The notes under the pieces: generated by a model
Database searches by the model: none
The model's input: only the letters and a program-made list of their open reading frames with translations
Told to the model about the DNA's origin: nothing
From: Kiritimatiellia bacterium
GTDB taxonomy: Bacteria; Verrucomicrobiota; Kiritimatiellia; RFP12; UBA1067
Direction: 5' to 3'
Assembly: GCA_041673345.1 (NCBI GenBank)
Contig: JBAYXX010000008.1
Coordinates: 627 to 64,626 of the forward strand
Length of the DNA: 64,000 bases
In this document: positions 38,195 to 48,118 of the stretch, in pieces
Layout of the letters: each line of letters starts with the position of its first letter
Position numbering within the stretch: position 1 is the first letter of the stretch
Position numbers and translations under genes: made by a program

Positions 38195-39625
38195 TCACTC
38201 CCCCGTTTGTAACCGACTGAACATGCCCAGCAATTGTTCGATCATCTTGGGAGCAGCCTCAAATTCGAGTCGGCTGGTGCCGAGCCATGTTTCGTAGCCA
38301 CCCAGTTTGTGCTGCTCGACAGTCGGTAAGTAACCGAAATAACCGTGCGCCAAAGAGACCACAAACGTGGGTTTAAAGGGGCTCCGAGCTTTTAACTCCA
38401 ATCCGATTTCGCTGAAGACCTCAACCGGCATAGTTGCGATGCCAACCTCGCCGATACGAAAGGTCTGCAACGGAAAACTCCAGCGTTCCGGCAATGTGGC
38501 CATTTCTAAGGCACGGCTAGCGTAACTCTTCTCCATCACGTTTGGTTTGGCATTAGGATCATTTTTAGCAAGAACATCTTTGGCCCATTCGATCTGTTCC
38601 TGATTCGGACGACGGAGCTGCAGATTGATCTGCTCAAATGAAACACTGAGCGGTACGCTGTCGTGCCATTGGATCGTTTTATAGGCAGCATGGACTGCCT
38701 GAGCCACATCGTTAGCGACCTCCCGCATCCTCACATAAGGCTCTCTTTTCACGGGTTTTTTGGTGAAATCAATATTGTTGATATTGCCACTCGTGCCGTT
38801 GCTCATTATGGCCACAAACGGCGGGTCTTGGTGTTCGGCCTCCAGCAACTGTCGCATACGGTCGTCAAACATTCCAAAGTAATCAGCTGAGATGTCTGCA
38901 CCGCGTACGCCACCAACATAATGCAGTGAATAATTGGACAGCAGCCCAATGGGGCGGCCTTCAAGCGACTTTACAGCAATCAAGCAGACTTGGGGATCCG
39001 TCGGCCCTGCTGGTCGATCCAGATTGACATTGCCCTGCCCTGGATTCATCCTCACCAGATCGTTCGTGCTTCCAAAGGGATTCATCGGCATCGTGCCGGG
39101 TTTCATGTACCAGCGGCGGCAAAAAACATGCTGCGGCACCGACGCAGTCGCCCAACCGATGCGGGCTGGCTCGAGGTTGTTGATCGCGCAACGCACTGCA
39201 TCGGCGATGCGGCGCACCATAAATTTCTGGTAGTCATCCAACTCAGGTTTATGGTTCCAGCGATCACCAATTGCGCTGATCGCAGAGTGCGAGTGTACGG
39301 CGGAAACGAGTATATTCGCGGCTGGCATCCCAGTCTCTTTTTCGACCCGCCGCCTCGCCTCATCGCTTACCGCCCCCGAAATACCCAACACGTCGCACAC
39401 AACAAACGCAACGCGTGTCTTGCCGTTATCCAAAACAAGACACTTCGCCCACAGATCGTCATGCACATGCGTGGCCGGATAGGGGCTAAACCCACCAATA
39501 ATCATTGCGCCCAAGTCTGGTGTGATATTACCCTTTGCCACACCCGCACGAAATGTGTCGGCTGCACTAACAAACATTCCGAAAACCATCATGATACTTG
39601 CTGCGATCATTCCTAACCGTTTCAT
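38195..39625 (-). CDS. secreted neutral/alkaline ceramidase-like amidohydrolase
   Basis: Signal peptide; HDDLWAKCLVL, SAVHSHS, NYSLHY, NGTSGNINN, PVEVFSEIG, GYLPT...GGYET. Confidence 0.78.
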   Translation of the reverse strand: MKRLGMIAASIMMVFGMFVSAADTFRAGVAKGNITPDLGAMIIGGFSPYPATHVHDDLWAKCLVLDNGKTRVAFVVCDVLGISGAVSDEARRRVEKETGMPAANILVSAVHSHSAISAIGDRWNHKPELDDYQKFMVRRIADAVRCAINNLEPARIGWATASVPQHVFCRRWYMKPGTMPMNPFGSTNDLVRMNPGQGNVNLDRPAGPTDPQVCLIAVKSLEGRPIGLLSNYSLHYVGGVRGADISADYFGMFDDRMRQLLEAEHQDPPFVAIMSNGTSGNINNIDFTKKPVKREPYVRMREVANDVAQAVHAAYKTIQWHDSVPLSVSFEQINLQLRRPNQEQIEWAKDVLAKNDPNAKPNVMEKSYASRALEMATLPERWSFPLQTFRIGEVGIATMPVEVFSEIGLELKARSPFKPTFVVSLAHGYFGYLPTVEQHKLGGYETWLGTSRLEFEAAPKMIEQLLGMFSRLQTGE

Positions 39626-39740
39626 ATACTCTTTTTCCTTCTTGCTTTTAATTATGTTGAAATTAAAACGAAACAGATTTCTTAAAAGTATAGCTGAAAA
39701 GGCGCTTTTAGTTTTCTAACTACTTGCGCGCCTTTTATCG

Positions 39741-42698
39741 CTACAGAGGTTTGCCTTCACCAATCAAGGTGACCTGTACCCGAGCATCCTCTTTGCCGGG
39801 GTTTTCGCACTGAAAGAAAACATCGTTTCTGCCGCTCTTCAAGGTGGGAATCTCTCCCTCCGGCACGATGCCACAAACGAGTTTGCCGTCCTTGTCATAA
39901 AGTTTGCAGTTGTCCTTTGATTTCAGCTCCACATACATGCCGGATTCCATTGTAACAGGGAAGGTGAGTTTTGAGCCGTTGATCGCAATAGTCGGATTTT
40001 TGGTTTTCTTAGCGACAATGTTCAGTGCCCTGACCGGACCGATTTTGCAGGTGACGGTTTTGTTCGCCGGAAGATTGTTGAACCAGATTTCAAAGGAAGT
40101 GATCCTATCGTAGGAGGCTCTTCCAGAGTAATGGTCGTAGACGAAATAGCCGCCGGATTCCGGCCAGATATAATCACTGCTGCGAGTTGATTCCGACTCC
40201 ACAAGCTCAACGTATTTCCAGCCGGTAAAATCAAGCGGGACGTAATGGTTGCTCATGCGCCAATGCGGAAGACGGGTGATGGTGCGGAAATTAAGGAGCG
40301 CGCCGCTGCCGTCGCCGTAAAGCCAGACACCAATCGCCAATTTTTTATCGAGGTTGAGGGGCGGTTCGAAGGATTTACCCAAAGAGACATAGGTGCCTTC
40401 CCGGGGAGAGGCGCCAGTGCTCCGTCCAGTGAATTCGACGGCGGTTTCCCCAGTGGCGGGCACAGTGGCACTGCCTGGCTTTAAGGAGCAGGTCACCCCG
40501 TCGGCTGCATTGGAGGGGCGAAACTCTGCAGTGTTTTTAGCGTCAAGCAAGATTGCCTGATCTGAATCCACAGCCACGGAAACAAGAGATTCAAGGCGCA
40601 GTTTAACCGGCTGGGCCGCATACTCATTTTTCACGTTCCACTTGGCCGACGGATGGGCGAGGCCGCAAACCTTATGTTTCTTGTAGAAAACCGGTTTAAA
40701 ATTCCACCGGCCATCCACCTCACGAAACAGGGTGAAATCCTTTCCGACCTGCCGCAATTGGGCGCGGACAGAGTCGCCGAAGTAGCTCTGGTGCCGTAGC
40801 TCCTCATATTGTTTAATCATCGCTAGAAAATCCCGATAGACAGGATGGGCCTGCAGTTTGTCTTCGTCAATGCTGCAGTTCAGGGACAACCCTGCGTTGT
40901 TACCGATCATTTTGCAGCAGAGGTATTCGATGTCGTCGAAATAGGTCGGTTCCTTTTTCGGGCCGTCCCATGCGTGGAAAGACCACCAGCCGATCTGGAG
41001 GGGGAGAAATAGCGGGTAAGTTTCCATGGGGGCGTATTTTTCGATCAGCGGCAGGTGCCCGCTCCAGCAACCATGTTGGTATTCCGAGTTGGCTTTCATG
41101 GAGGCGATGTGAATGTCAATAAAACGCTTGTAACCTTGGGTCGCTGAGTCCCAGGCCTGATAACGGGAGCGGTAGAACCACCAGCCGTGCGTCATGCCGG
41201 CGTATTCCATCCCGATCGGTTTTTTGAGATTCCTTGCGATTTCAAAGACGAACTTGTCGCCGTAATACCAATAGTTTTCCTCTCCCCACATGCTGCGGAT
41301 ACCCTCAATGGCATCGAGATAAACTCCGTCGAAGCCACACTCGTTAATTACATCGGCGGTGTTTTTCGCAATTTCATTGAAAAGCGGAGAGTCTGGGTTC
41401 GGTACGTATCGGCCACCCCAGAACGTCTTGAGAAGGAAGGCGCTCACCCCTGTCTTGTGCGCCGCGATTTTCGTCCCGTGAAATCCGCGCTGGCAGCCGG
41501 TGAACGTGAACGGCGCTTCGGATGTGACCCCTTTGTATTTGATGATCTCGTCGCCAATCCTCAACGTCTGGTTGTTCGTAATCCTAATTCCGAACTCCAG
41601 AGAATTCCCCGCCGTCGATTCCCGGACCACGACCTCCTTTGCCGTTTCGGAAAGTGGCTCGACGAGCGTGTACGTCGCGACAGTGTCCAGCCCTGGGTGC
41701 GGAACCGGCGTCACGTATTTCGAGGATGGAGCAATATAGCACGCATAGGTGTGCAAGATCGAGGAAATTCCCGCCGCGTGAAGTTTGTCCACAATCTTCT
41801 TGAACGACCTCCATCCTTCCGGAAATTTCTTCTTGTCCAGCTCAAAACTGCCGAACAGGAAAAAGTTTTTGCCGCCGCCATGGTTGTTGATCTGATTAAA
41901 GCCAATGCGTTTACAGTTTTCGATCCACTCATCGGTCGTTTCCTCTGTCAGGGTACCGAAATTCATGAGATAAGAACCGTAACCTTCCTTTGCGGAGATA
42001 GCCCAGGCGCCGCCCTGGTCACTGAACGGGATATCCGGGGCGGCTTTCGTCAGGATGTCGCGGATGACCGGGAGAATTTGTTTTTGCGGAACCCCGATAA
42101 AGGCCGCCTTTGCCCCGTTGATCCCGAATTTGTTATAGCAGGTCGCCCAAAGTTCGGTCTGAAGGGCGGGAAGCTGGTGTACATGCGTAAAGAGGTTGAG
42201 TTTGAGCGCGCAGGCCGCAAACGGCTCCCAAGGCATTGCCACTAAGCTCAGAGGAATATTCAGAAACGTCAGCGATTCAGGATTCCCGGTGACGCTTTGG
42301 ACTTCGTAAAGAACTCGTCCCTCCTGTTTCATCACCTTAATTACGGCTGAAAGGTCGGTGTCCTCAAATTGAATTGAGAGAATGTTATCCTGGACAGAAA
42401 CAGTGGAGGGAGAAAAAGTTTTCCCATCCTTCTTTGCATAGGCGCAGTATGAATCTCCGCTTTTAAGATAATCCTTTCCAGATGCCTTATCAATGAAACG
42501 GACGTTCTTGCCCCCGGCTGTAAACTCATAGGTAAAGGTATCGCATCCGATGGTCACGTTTCCAGCTGGCTTCGGCTTCATCGCCATTGCTGAAGCGTCC
42601 GTTGAAAGGAGCAGCAAGGGCACAGTGATCGCCATGGTTGCGCTAAGCGCCCTGATGTTAGAAAATTGCTTTTCCACCTTCACCCTATTTGTTTTCAT
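39741..42698 (-). CDS. secreted ~985-aa hypothetical glycoside-hydrolase-like protein (paralog of 28809..31811)
   Basis: YGSYL, KLHAAGISSILHT, INECGFDGVYLDAIEG, RSRYQAWD, DFTGWKY-E-VE-ES shared with the paralog. Confidence 0.7.
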   Translation of the reverse strand: MKTNRVKVEKQFSNIRALSATMAITVPLLLLSTDASAMAMKPKPAGNVTIGCDTFTYEFTAGGKNVRFIDKASGKDYLKSGDSYCAYAKKDGKTFSPSTVSVQDNILSIQFEDTDLSAVIKVMKQEGRVLYEVQSVTGNPESLTFLNIPLSLVAMPWEPFAACALKLNLFTHVHQLPALQTELWATCYNKFGINGAKAAFIGVPQKQILPVIRDILTKAAPDIPFSDQGGAWAISAKEGYGSYLMNFGTLTEETTDEWIENCKRIGFNQINNHGGGKNFFLFGSFELDKKKFPEGWRSFKKIVDKLHAAGISSILHTYACYIAPSSKYVTPVPHPGLDTVATYTLVEPLSETAKEVVVRESTAGNSLEFGIRITNNQTLRIGDEIIKYKGVTSEAPFTFTGCQRGFHGTKIAAHKTGVSAFLLKTFWGGRYVPNPDSPLFNEIAKNTADVINECGFDGVYLDAIEGIRSMWGEENYWYYGDKFVFEIARNLKKPIGMEYAGMTHGWWFYRSRYQAWDSATQGYKRFIDIHIASMKANSEYQHGCWSGHLPLIEKYAPMETYPLFLPLQIGWWSFHAWDGPKKEPTYFDDIEYLCCKMIGNNAGLSLNCSIDEDKLQAHPVYRDFLAMIKQYEELRHQSYFGDSVRAQLRQVGKDFTLFREVDGRWNFKPVFYKKHKVCGLAHPSAKWNVKNEYAAQPVKLRLESLVSVAVDSDQAILLDAKNTAEFRPSNAADGVTCSLKPGSATVPATGETAVEFTGRSTGASPREGTYVSLGKSFEPPLNLDKKLAIGVWLYGDGSGALLNFRTITRLPHWRMSNHYVPLDFTGWKYVELVESESTRSSDYIWPESGGYFVYDHYSGRASYDRITSFEIWFNNLPANKTVTCKIGPVRALNIVAKKTKNPTIAINGSKLTFPVTMESGMYVELKSKDNCKLYDKDGKLVCGIVPEGEIPTLKSGRNDVFFQCENPGKEDARVQVTLIGEGKPL

Positions 42699-42798
42699 AT
42701 CCGGTTTGTCCCTTGTTTTGCTTTAGAAACGCCGTGCTGTCACTGGAACAAAGATCTTTCACAAAGTTAACACTTTGGAAGAATGACCAGGCGCAAGA

Positions 42799-44679
42799 TC
42801 ACTTCCCCTTTACCGCCGCCTCTTCCTTCGCGCGGAAAGCTCTGGCTTCCTTGCGAGCCTTGCGCCGGGCGTCGAACTTCTTCACTGGTTCGGGAATCTC
42901 CTCAGGCGCCACCTTGTAGAGATGCTTCTTCATCCCGCAGAGGTCGTTGTAGTAGTTCTCATGGTAGGAGATTAGAGTGATACCGCGCGCCTTACGGAAC
43001 TGGCGGAGTTTCTCCGTATTCACTTCGCTTTTGTGGACCACTGCTTCGTAAAAGAGCTTGCCGTGCTCGTTCACGTCCTTCAGCTGCTCCACGCGGTCAC
43101 GATCAGCGGGATCGAGATCCGACTTCGCAAGGGCGTGATCGAGGAACATGCCGGCCTTTTCAAAGTCTTCTGATTTATAATGCTTTCCGAGATTTGTGAG
43201 AAACGGACGGCCGAAATCGAAGCCCTTCCATGTGTATTCGTAAACGTGCGGCTGGAGGCGCTCCGTCCACACGTCGCGCCAGTAGCGGTAAAACGCTTTC
43301 ACATCCTCCTTCGCCTTACCGAACGCTTCCATATAATGGCCTTCCCAGTATTCGAAGGACTTGTCCGGTTCCTGCATGCCCTTGTAGATGACATAGTCCT
43401 TGAAAAACTCCTGAATGCCGTTCTGACCGGCCGAGTCGTAGTCGTAACCCACCGGATCCTCAGACTTAACCAGCTTGAAAATGTCAAAGAAATACTTCTC
43501 GTTACCGCATACGAGAGGTGTTGTCTTGTAATAATGGTGACGGTTCGGACGGTGGAAAAACTGCGTGAAACCAGCCTTCTTCCAGTTTTTAATGTACTTC
43601 GAGATGTGCTCCGGCGTGAGCACTGTCGGCACCAGACCGACAGAAAGACCTTCACTCGCTTTCTCGCGCAGGGGTGCCCTTTCCATCGCGTTGTAGCCGT
43701 AGAAGCAGGCCTTCGCGTCCGGACGGATCTTCCGGGCTTTCACGAGTACGCGGTTCGCGAAATTAACATAGCGGTCCGCATACCAGTTGATCCACCAGTC
43801 GTGTCCATCCGCGGGGCGAGGTTCGTCGAGCGCTTTGCACCTCTCGCAGTGGCACACGTTGTCGCCCGTCGCGTCGTTTTCGCAGATGTTCACGTATTCG
43901 TTCGTCCCCTTCGCGCACCAGTCCGCAATCACCTGATCAACGAGACTGTCCGATGAAACGCACATCGAAATGGCCGTACCCATGTTGCCGGCGTAGACCG
44001 CGGGGTTCATCAAGTTCGACGGCGCATCCGGCGGCAGACGCTTTCCGTCCTTGCGCATGCCGAAGAACTCTTGGTGAGTCGAGGCGAAGCGCTTCCAGTA
44101 ACTTCCGAACGCATGACCGTAACGCGGCACATCGTGTCGGCCGTCGCGCATGCGCGCGCGCCACTCTTCATAGCGTCCGCGTGAACGGATCGCGCGGAGC
44201 TTGATCGTCGGGTACCAGCCGCCCTTCGTGTTTTTTACAATAATCGGATTCCGCGCGCGGAAAGCGATGTTAGTCGTCCACGGCCAGCGCGTCCCGAGTT
44301 CGTCCTCAAGAAAGTCGTAAACGGCCATGTCTATACCCGTCTTCGCCATCGATTCATTGCAAACGTTCGTGTCACCGTAAAACCATGTGCCCTCTTTTGT
44401 GACGAGCCACCGGCCTTCCTCCGGCTTGAACGGGCCATGATCGCCCATGGGAGCCATGCCGACGCGCCACACATATGCGCCTTCCTTCACGTTCGCCGCT
44501 TTCATGATCGGAATCTTCTCGCCCGTGATGAGTTCCAGATGGAGCTTCAGATCCTCCGCCGCAGCATCCGCGTATTTGCCGCCGGAAACGATCACGCTTT
44601 CTTCCGGTTTCACCGTCACATCGGACAAAAGCCCGCCTGCGAGGCCACAAACGAACATCAGTATCAGTGTTTTTTTTAT
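42799..44679 (-). CDS. secreted DUF4838-like protein with zincin-like (GH20/GH67-type) N-terminal domain
   Basis: AAEDLKLHLELITG, MAVYDFLE--LG-RW, C-S------V, C-C--C; best-fitting start is ATA at 44679 behind a GAGGA SD (ATG 44658 is the alternative). Confidence 0.7.
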   Translation of the reverse strand: MKKTLILMFVCGLAGGLLSDVTVKPEESVIVSGGKYADAAAEDLKLHLELITGEKIPIMKAANVKEGAYVWRVGMAPMGDHGPFKPEEGRWLVTKEGTWFYGDTNVCNESMAKTGIDMAVYDFLEDELGTRWPWTTNIAFRARNPIIVKNTKGGWYPTIKLRAIRSRGRYEEWRARMRDGRHDVPRYGHAFGSYWKRFASTHQEFFGMRKDGKRLPPDAPSNLMNPAVYAGNMGTAISMCVSSDSLVDQVIADWCAKGTNEYVNICENDATGDNVCHCERCKALDEPRPADGHDWWINWYADRYVNFANRVLVKARKIRPDAKACFYGYNAMERAPLREKASEGLSVGLVPTVLTPEHISKYIKNWKKAGFTQFFHRPNRHHYYKTTPLVCGNEKYFFDIFKLVKSEDPVGYDYDSAGQNGIQEFFKDYVIYKGMQEPDKSFEYWEGHYMEAFGKAKEDVKAFYRYWRDVWTERLQPHVYEYTWKGFDFGRPFLTNLGKHYKSEDFEKAGMFLDHALAKSDLDPADRDRVEQLKDVNEHGKLFYEAVVHKSEVNTEKLRQFRKARGITLISYHENYYNDLCGMKKHLYKVAPEEIPEPVKKFDARRKARKEARAFRAKEEAAVKGK

Positions 44680-44689
44680 AAAAGAATCC

Positions 44690-46126
44690 TCATTCAGCTG
44701 GCAGCGGTGTAATCTCACCGACCTTAGGCGTCACGCCGTTCGGGAAGCAGACGAGACGGTATCCGTAAATTCCGTTTGCAGTGGAAGGCGCCGTCGCATA
44801 ACGATAAGCCGGCGTCGAATAGGTGGCAGTTTGAAGATGGTTGCCACCGTGCAGGATGCGGCTGGTGCCACTGGCGCAGCCAGCGTAATCGGCGGCGTCA
44901 ACCCGGAACATCTGGAGCGAGGTATCGTACTCGACGCCAGAGAGCGTACCCGACATCCGTCCGACTGGAGCCCAGTCAAGACACCACTCGCAGACATTGC
45001 CGTGCATATCGTAGAGCCCCCATGCGTTCGGTTTGAAAAGGCCCACAATGTCCGTCAGATCGCCGGTACGGGAGTTTGAGAAGCAACCGTATGCGACAAC
45101 AGCGTTATTGAAATCCGTAACCGCTTGACCAATGGCAACGGTCCCAACGGTTGCGAGAATGGTGTCGAAGGTACGGCTGATCCCGTCGCTCCAGAGCGTT
45201 GTTGTCCCAGCACGACAGGCATATTCCCATTGCGCGTCAGTAGGAATGTCGACATCAAAACCAAGTGCATCGCGGTACTTCTTCATCTGAGAACCCGCAC
45301 TGATCTGGTACCCAGTCGCCGGCCAATTGATCGACGGATTGTCCATAACCGCACCGCGCAGGGCATCGTAAGTGCGGTATTCTGTTGGAAGTTTCGGATC
45401 CATTTTGTTGCGGCTTACATTGCCTCCGCCCATTTTTACAGCCTGCGACTGGGTGAGCAGAAAAATGCCGATATAATAGGGTTGGCTTAGGGTGATGGTG
45501 TTCGTGGCTGGATATGCGCCCGGCAACAACCAGTTGGAACCACTGAAGCGATACCCGCAGCCGCCGGTCTTGAACGAGCCGGGATTGATACGACGGAAGA
45601 CAAGCTTGTCAGTCTTATAGATGTCGTTGGTCACGCCTGTCCAGACGATGGAATTTACGCCCGCCACCGGATTGGTCTCGACTGTGCCGTAAACGCCGCT
45701 GGCCAGATCCGCTTCATACACGTACGTGATCTGTCCCTCCGCACCGGCGGTCTTGGTCAGGTCCACGATCATGTAGAGCGGCGGCGTTATCGGTGCGAGC
45801 GTCACGCGGAACTTGGTCAGCACCTCTTCATTGGTGTACTGGCTTTGAGTGGGATCCCAGATGATCCGGCGCATGCCTTGGCCTGTCACCCCATATAGAT
45901 CGCCCGAGAGACCGACATCCAACGTGAGCGGCTGCGCGCCGTTGAAGGCCTGCACCGCGATATCCACGGCTGGCGTCGCGTCCGTTATCACGTAATCGAT
46001 ATCCACGAGCCGGCTCCACGGCCAGCGCTGCCGCACCGTGACACCGCTGATTGTCGGATCGTCCGCCATGGCACTCATTGACACAAACATCGCCATCATT
46101 CCAATCAAAACTTTCTTCGTTTTCAT
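44690..46126 (-). CDS. secreted formylglycine-generating-enzyme (SUMF1)/C-type-lectin-fold protein
   Basis: Signal peptide; TVRQRWPW---VDIDY N-domain, YKTDKLVFRRI, PTDAQWEYACRAGT, NAWGLYDMHGNVCEWCLD, GYRL. Confidence 0.85.
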   Translation of the reverse strand: MKTKKVLIGMMAMFVSMSAMADDPTISGVTVRQRWPWSRLVDIDYVITDATPAVDIAVQAFNGAQPLTLDVGLSGDLYGVTGQGMRRIIWDPTQSQYTNEEVLTKFRVTLAPITPPLYMIVDLTKTAGAEGQITYVYEADLASGVYGTVETNPVAGVNSIVWTGVTNDIYKTDKLVFRRINPGSFKTGGCGYRFSGSNWLLPGAYPATNTITLSQPYYIGIFLLTQSQAVKMGGGNVSRNKMDPKLPTEYRTYDALRGAVMDNPSINWPATGYQISAGSQMKKYRDALGFDVDIPTDAQWEYACRAGTTTLWSDGISRTFDTILATVGTVAIGQAVTDFNNAVVAYGCFSNSRTGDLTDIVGLFKPNAWGLYDMHGNVCEWCLDWAPVGRMSGTLSGVEYDTSLQMFRVDAADYAGCASGTSRILHGGNHLQTATYSTPAYRYATAPSTANGIYGYRLVCFPNGVTPKVGEITPLPAE

Positions 46127-46150
46127 TTCGTCCCTCCGTCACTCTCGCAC

Positions 46151-46172
46151 TCTAGTCGCTTTGGCGACTAGA
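46151..46172. repeat. CTAGTCGC-N4-GCGACTAG hairpin
   Basis: Perfect 9-bp stem; a near-identical hairpin followed by A-tract is at 57565-57590. Confidence 0.65.
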
Positions 46173-46272
46173 AAAAACGTAACCGTTCACGGGGTATAAA
46201 CTTCCCCAACAATGTTTGGATCATATCATTGTCGTTGTAGCAAAGCCCAGCAGAAAAATCGTTTTTTTTTCA

Positions 46273-48048
46273 TCAGTGGGCGAGGATCGCCGCCGCCAAC
46301 TCCCGGCGGGCATCTAATATGGCCTTAGGATCGCGCGTGTACCCCCACCACGTCGGAGCAATCCGATCAACAATTTTCCGCACGGCTGCGGCTCCGGCGC
46401 GTTGCTCAAGCAGGGCGAAATATTCATAGTCTTCCAGACCATCGCGAATGTTCTTCAGTCGCATGCTGGCGACTGGTCCCTGGATTCCACATGGAACGCC
46501 GGGATAAAAAAGATATCCCCCTCCGTTGAAGTGCTTGGGATGCGCAAATGCCGGGTTGCACCACGGCTCAATCACCTTGGTGATGGTGCTCCAGTAGAGC
46601 AGGCCCGTGATACCGTACTGCCGATTAATCCAAGTCGGCACGCGGTAAACCAGCAATGGCCGGTCAATGTGCCAATAAGGCGGATCTTTCTCGCGCATCT
46701 CTTCGTACTTGGGGTGATAATGCGGCGACCGCTGAACCAGTGCGGTATACGACCAGACCGCATCACCGTGCTTGAGTTTCTGATTGATCGTATCACGGTC
46801 GATAAACGACCAGAGCGGGCACCAGATATCGACCGCCGGATCAATGTCGGCCCAAGCAGGATCGTGGGGGTAGGTCTGCTCAGAGACAAGGCGTTTCAAC
46901 TCGGGAGCGGCCTGGTGTACGATGTCGCCTAAAACGATCACCTGCTCGTAATTCTCCGCAGTGTTGGGTTCGTCAATAAGGTAGGTGTGAGCTATGTCCG
47001 CCCAGCCGTTTGTCTTGACATACTGGTAGTAATCGCGGTAATAACGCAGGGCTTTTTCGCGCTGTTCAGGCAGAACAGTCTTGTAATTGACGTTTGTGGT
47101 GGAGTGAGGCAGGCGGTCGAAGGGCGAACGTGGAATTCGAAAATCTTTCACATGCAGCTTTTCGATGAACGCGCACAGCGCCGCGTGCCGATTCGTGTCG
47201 ATGTTCAGCGAGCCATCCGGATTAGCCTGCGGCAACAGGTGGCTTGGGATAGGCGGGTTGAGGCGGTGATCGGACATGGCTTGGCTGTAGCGCGCTTCTA
47301 TTTCAAGGCATTCAGCCGAGCCGCGTTTAACGCCGAAAAGTGAGGCTATACCCGAAAGGGTACCGAAACGATTGCGATGAGTCGCGCCGTCAGGCAGTTC
47401 AAAGTCCCACACGGTCAGCGTGACCGGGAGCTCGGCTTTACCCTTGTCCGCAGAGACTCGGAGCGTACCTCGATAGATGCCGGCCGGCACGCCCTTGGGC
47501 ACATGAACGTCGATCCAAACAGGCTGGTTCTGTCCCTCGAACACATCGAACGGCACAGCGTACATGTCGTGCCCGGTAGTGACCAGCGGTTCGCCCCAGC
47601 GCTCGCGCCTCTGGGCGCGCGGCTGGATGGGTTTGCCGGTGACCGGATCAATGAACGGAACGAGCGCGTCTGGATACAGCCCTGGCGGCAGCTCTGCCCG
47701 CGGCGTGGATATGCGGACGCGCACGTACTCCTCCCGATACAGCTTAATGCTGTCACCGGAAATTTTCGCGCCCCCTTCACCCACCAATTCGGAAAGTGCT
47801 ACTGAACTCACCTTCAAGCTTCCCTTCCCGGCGGCCACAACCACCTGGAACGACTCGACCTCGTTACGTGCGGCGGCGATCTCCACCGCAGGTGTTCCGA
47901 AGGGAGCTTCGTTTTGGAGAATGCGTTCCATGGCGTGGAGCGCAGTGAGCCCGATAACAGGTCGTTCAACAGCCAGAGCCGGGGCTGTCAGCAAAACCGA
48001 TGAGAGAACCAGAGTCAGTGTTGACACCAGAGCATTTGTTGTCTTCAT
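46273..48048 (-). CDS. secreted GH123-like / DUF4091 protein (tandem paralog 1)
   Basis: AARNEVESFQV, YPDALVPF, NQPVWIDVHVP, YLIDEPN, GYLFYPG, SMRLKNIRDGLEDYEY; GAGGAG SD before ATG 48048. Confidence 0.8.
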   Translation of the reverse strand: MKTTNALVSTLTLVLSSVLLTAPALAVERPVIGLTALHAMERILQNEAPFGTPAVEIAAARNEVESFQVVVAAGKGSLKVSSVALSELVGEGGAKISGDSIKLYREEYVRVRISTPRAELPPGLYPDALVPFIDPVTGKPIQPRAQRRERWGEPLVTTGHDMYAVPFDVFEGQNQPVWIDVHVPKGVPAGIYRGTLRVSADKGKAELPVTLTVWDFELPDGATHRNRFGTLSGIASLFGVKRGSAECLEIEARYSQAMSDHRLNPPIPSHLLPQANPDGSLNIDTNRHAALCAFIEKLHVKDFRIPRSPFDRLPHSTTNVNYKTVLPEQREKALRYYRDYYQYVKTNGWADIAHTYLIDEPNTAENYEQVIVLGDIVHQAAPELKRLVSEQTYPHDPAWADIDPAVDIWCPLWSFIDRDTINQKLKHGDAVWSYTALVQRSPHYHPKYEEMREKDPPYWHIDRPLLVYRVPTWINRQYGITGLLYWSTITKVIEPWCNPAFAHPKHFNGGGYLFYPGVPCGIQGPVASMRLKNIRDGLEDYEYFALLEQRAGAAAVRKIVDRIAPTWWGYTRDPKAILDARRELAAAILAH

Positions 48049-48118
48049 GTTGTTTGTCTCCTCTTTGTTTGTTGTTTTCATGTTATTTGCCCCCGCGATC
48101 AAATAAGCAGCACTGTCA

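Noticed and set aside
41187-42245. Long antisense ORFs (352 aa here; also 11306..12100, 43180..43956, 48881..49561)
   Set aside because: They are shadows of GC-rich coding genes on the opposite strand, with no recognisable motifs or SD.
44690-46126. Complete diversity-generating retroelement
   Set aside because: No reverse transcriptase, Avd or adenine-mismatched template repeat is visible in the window.
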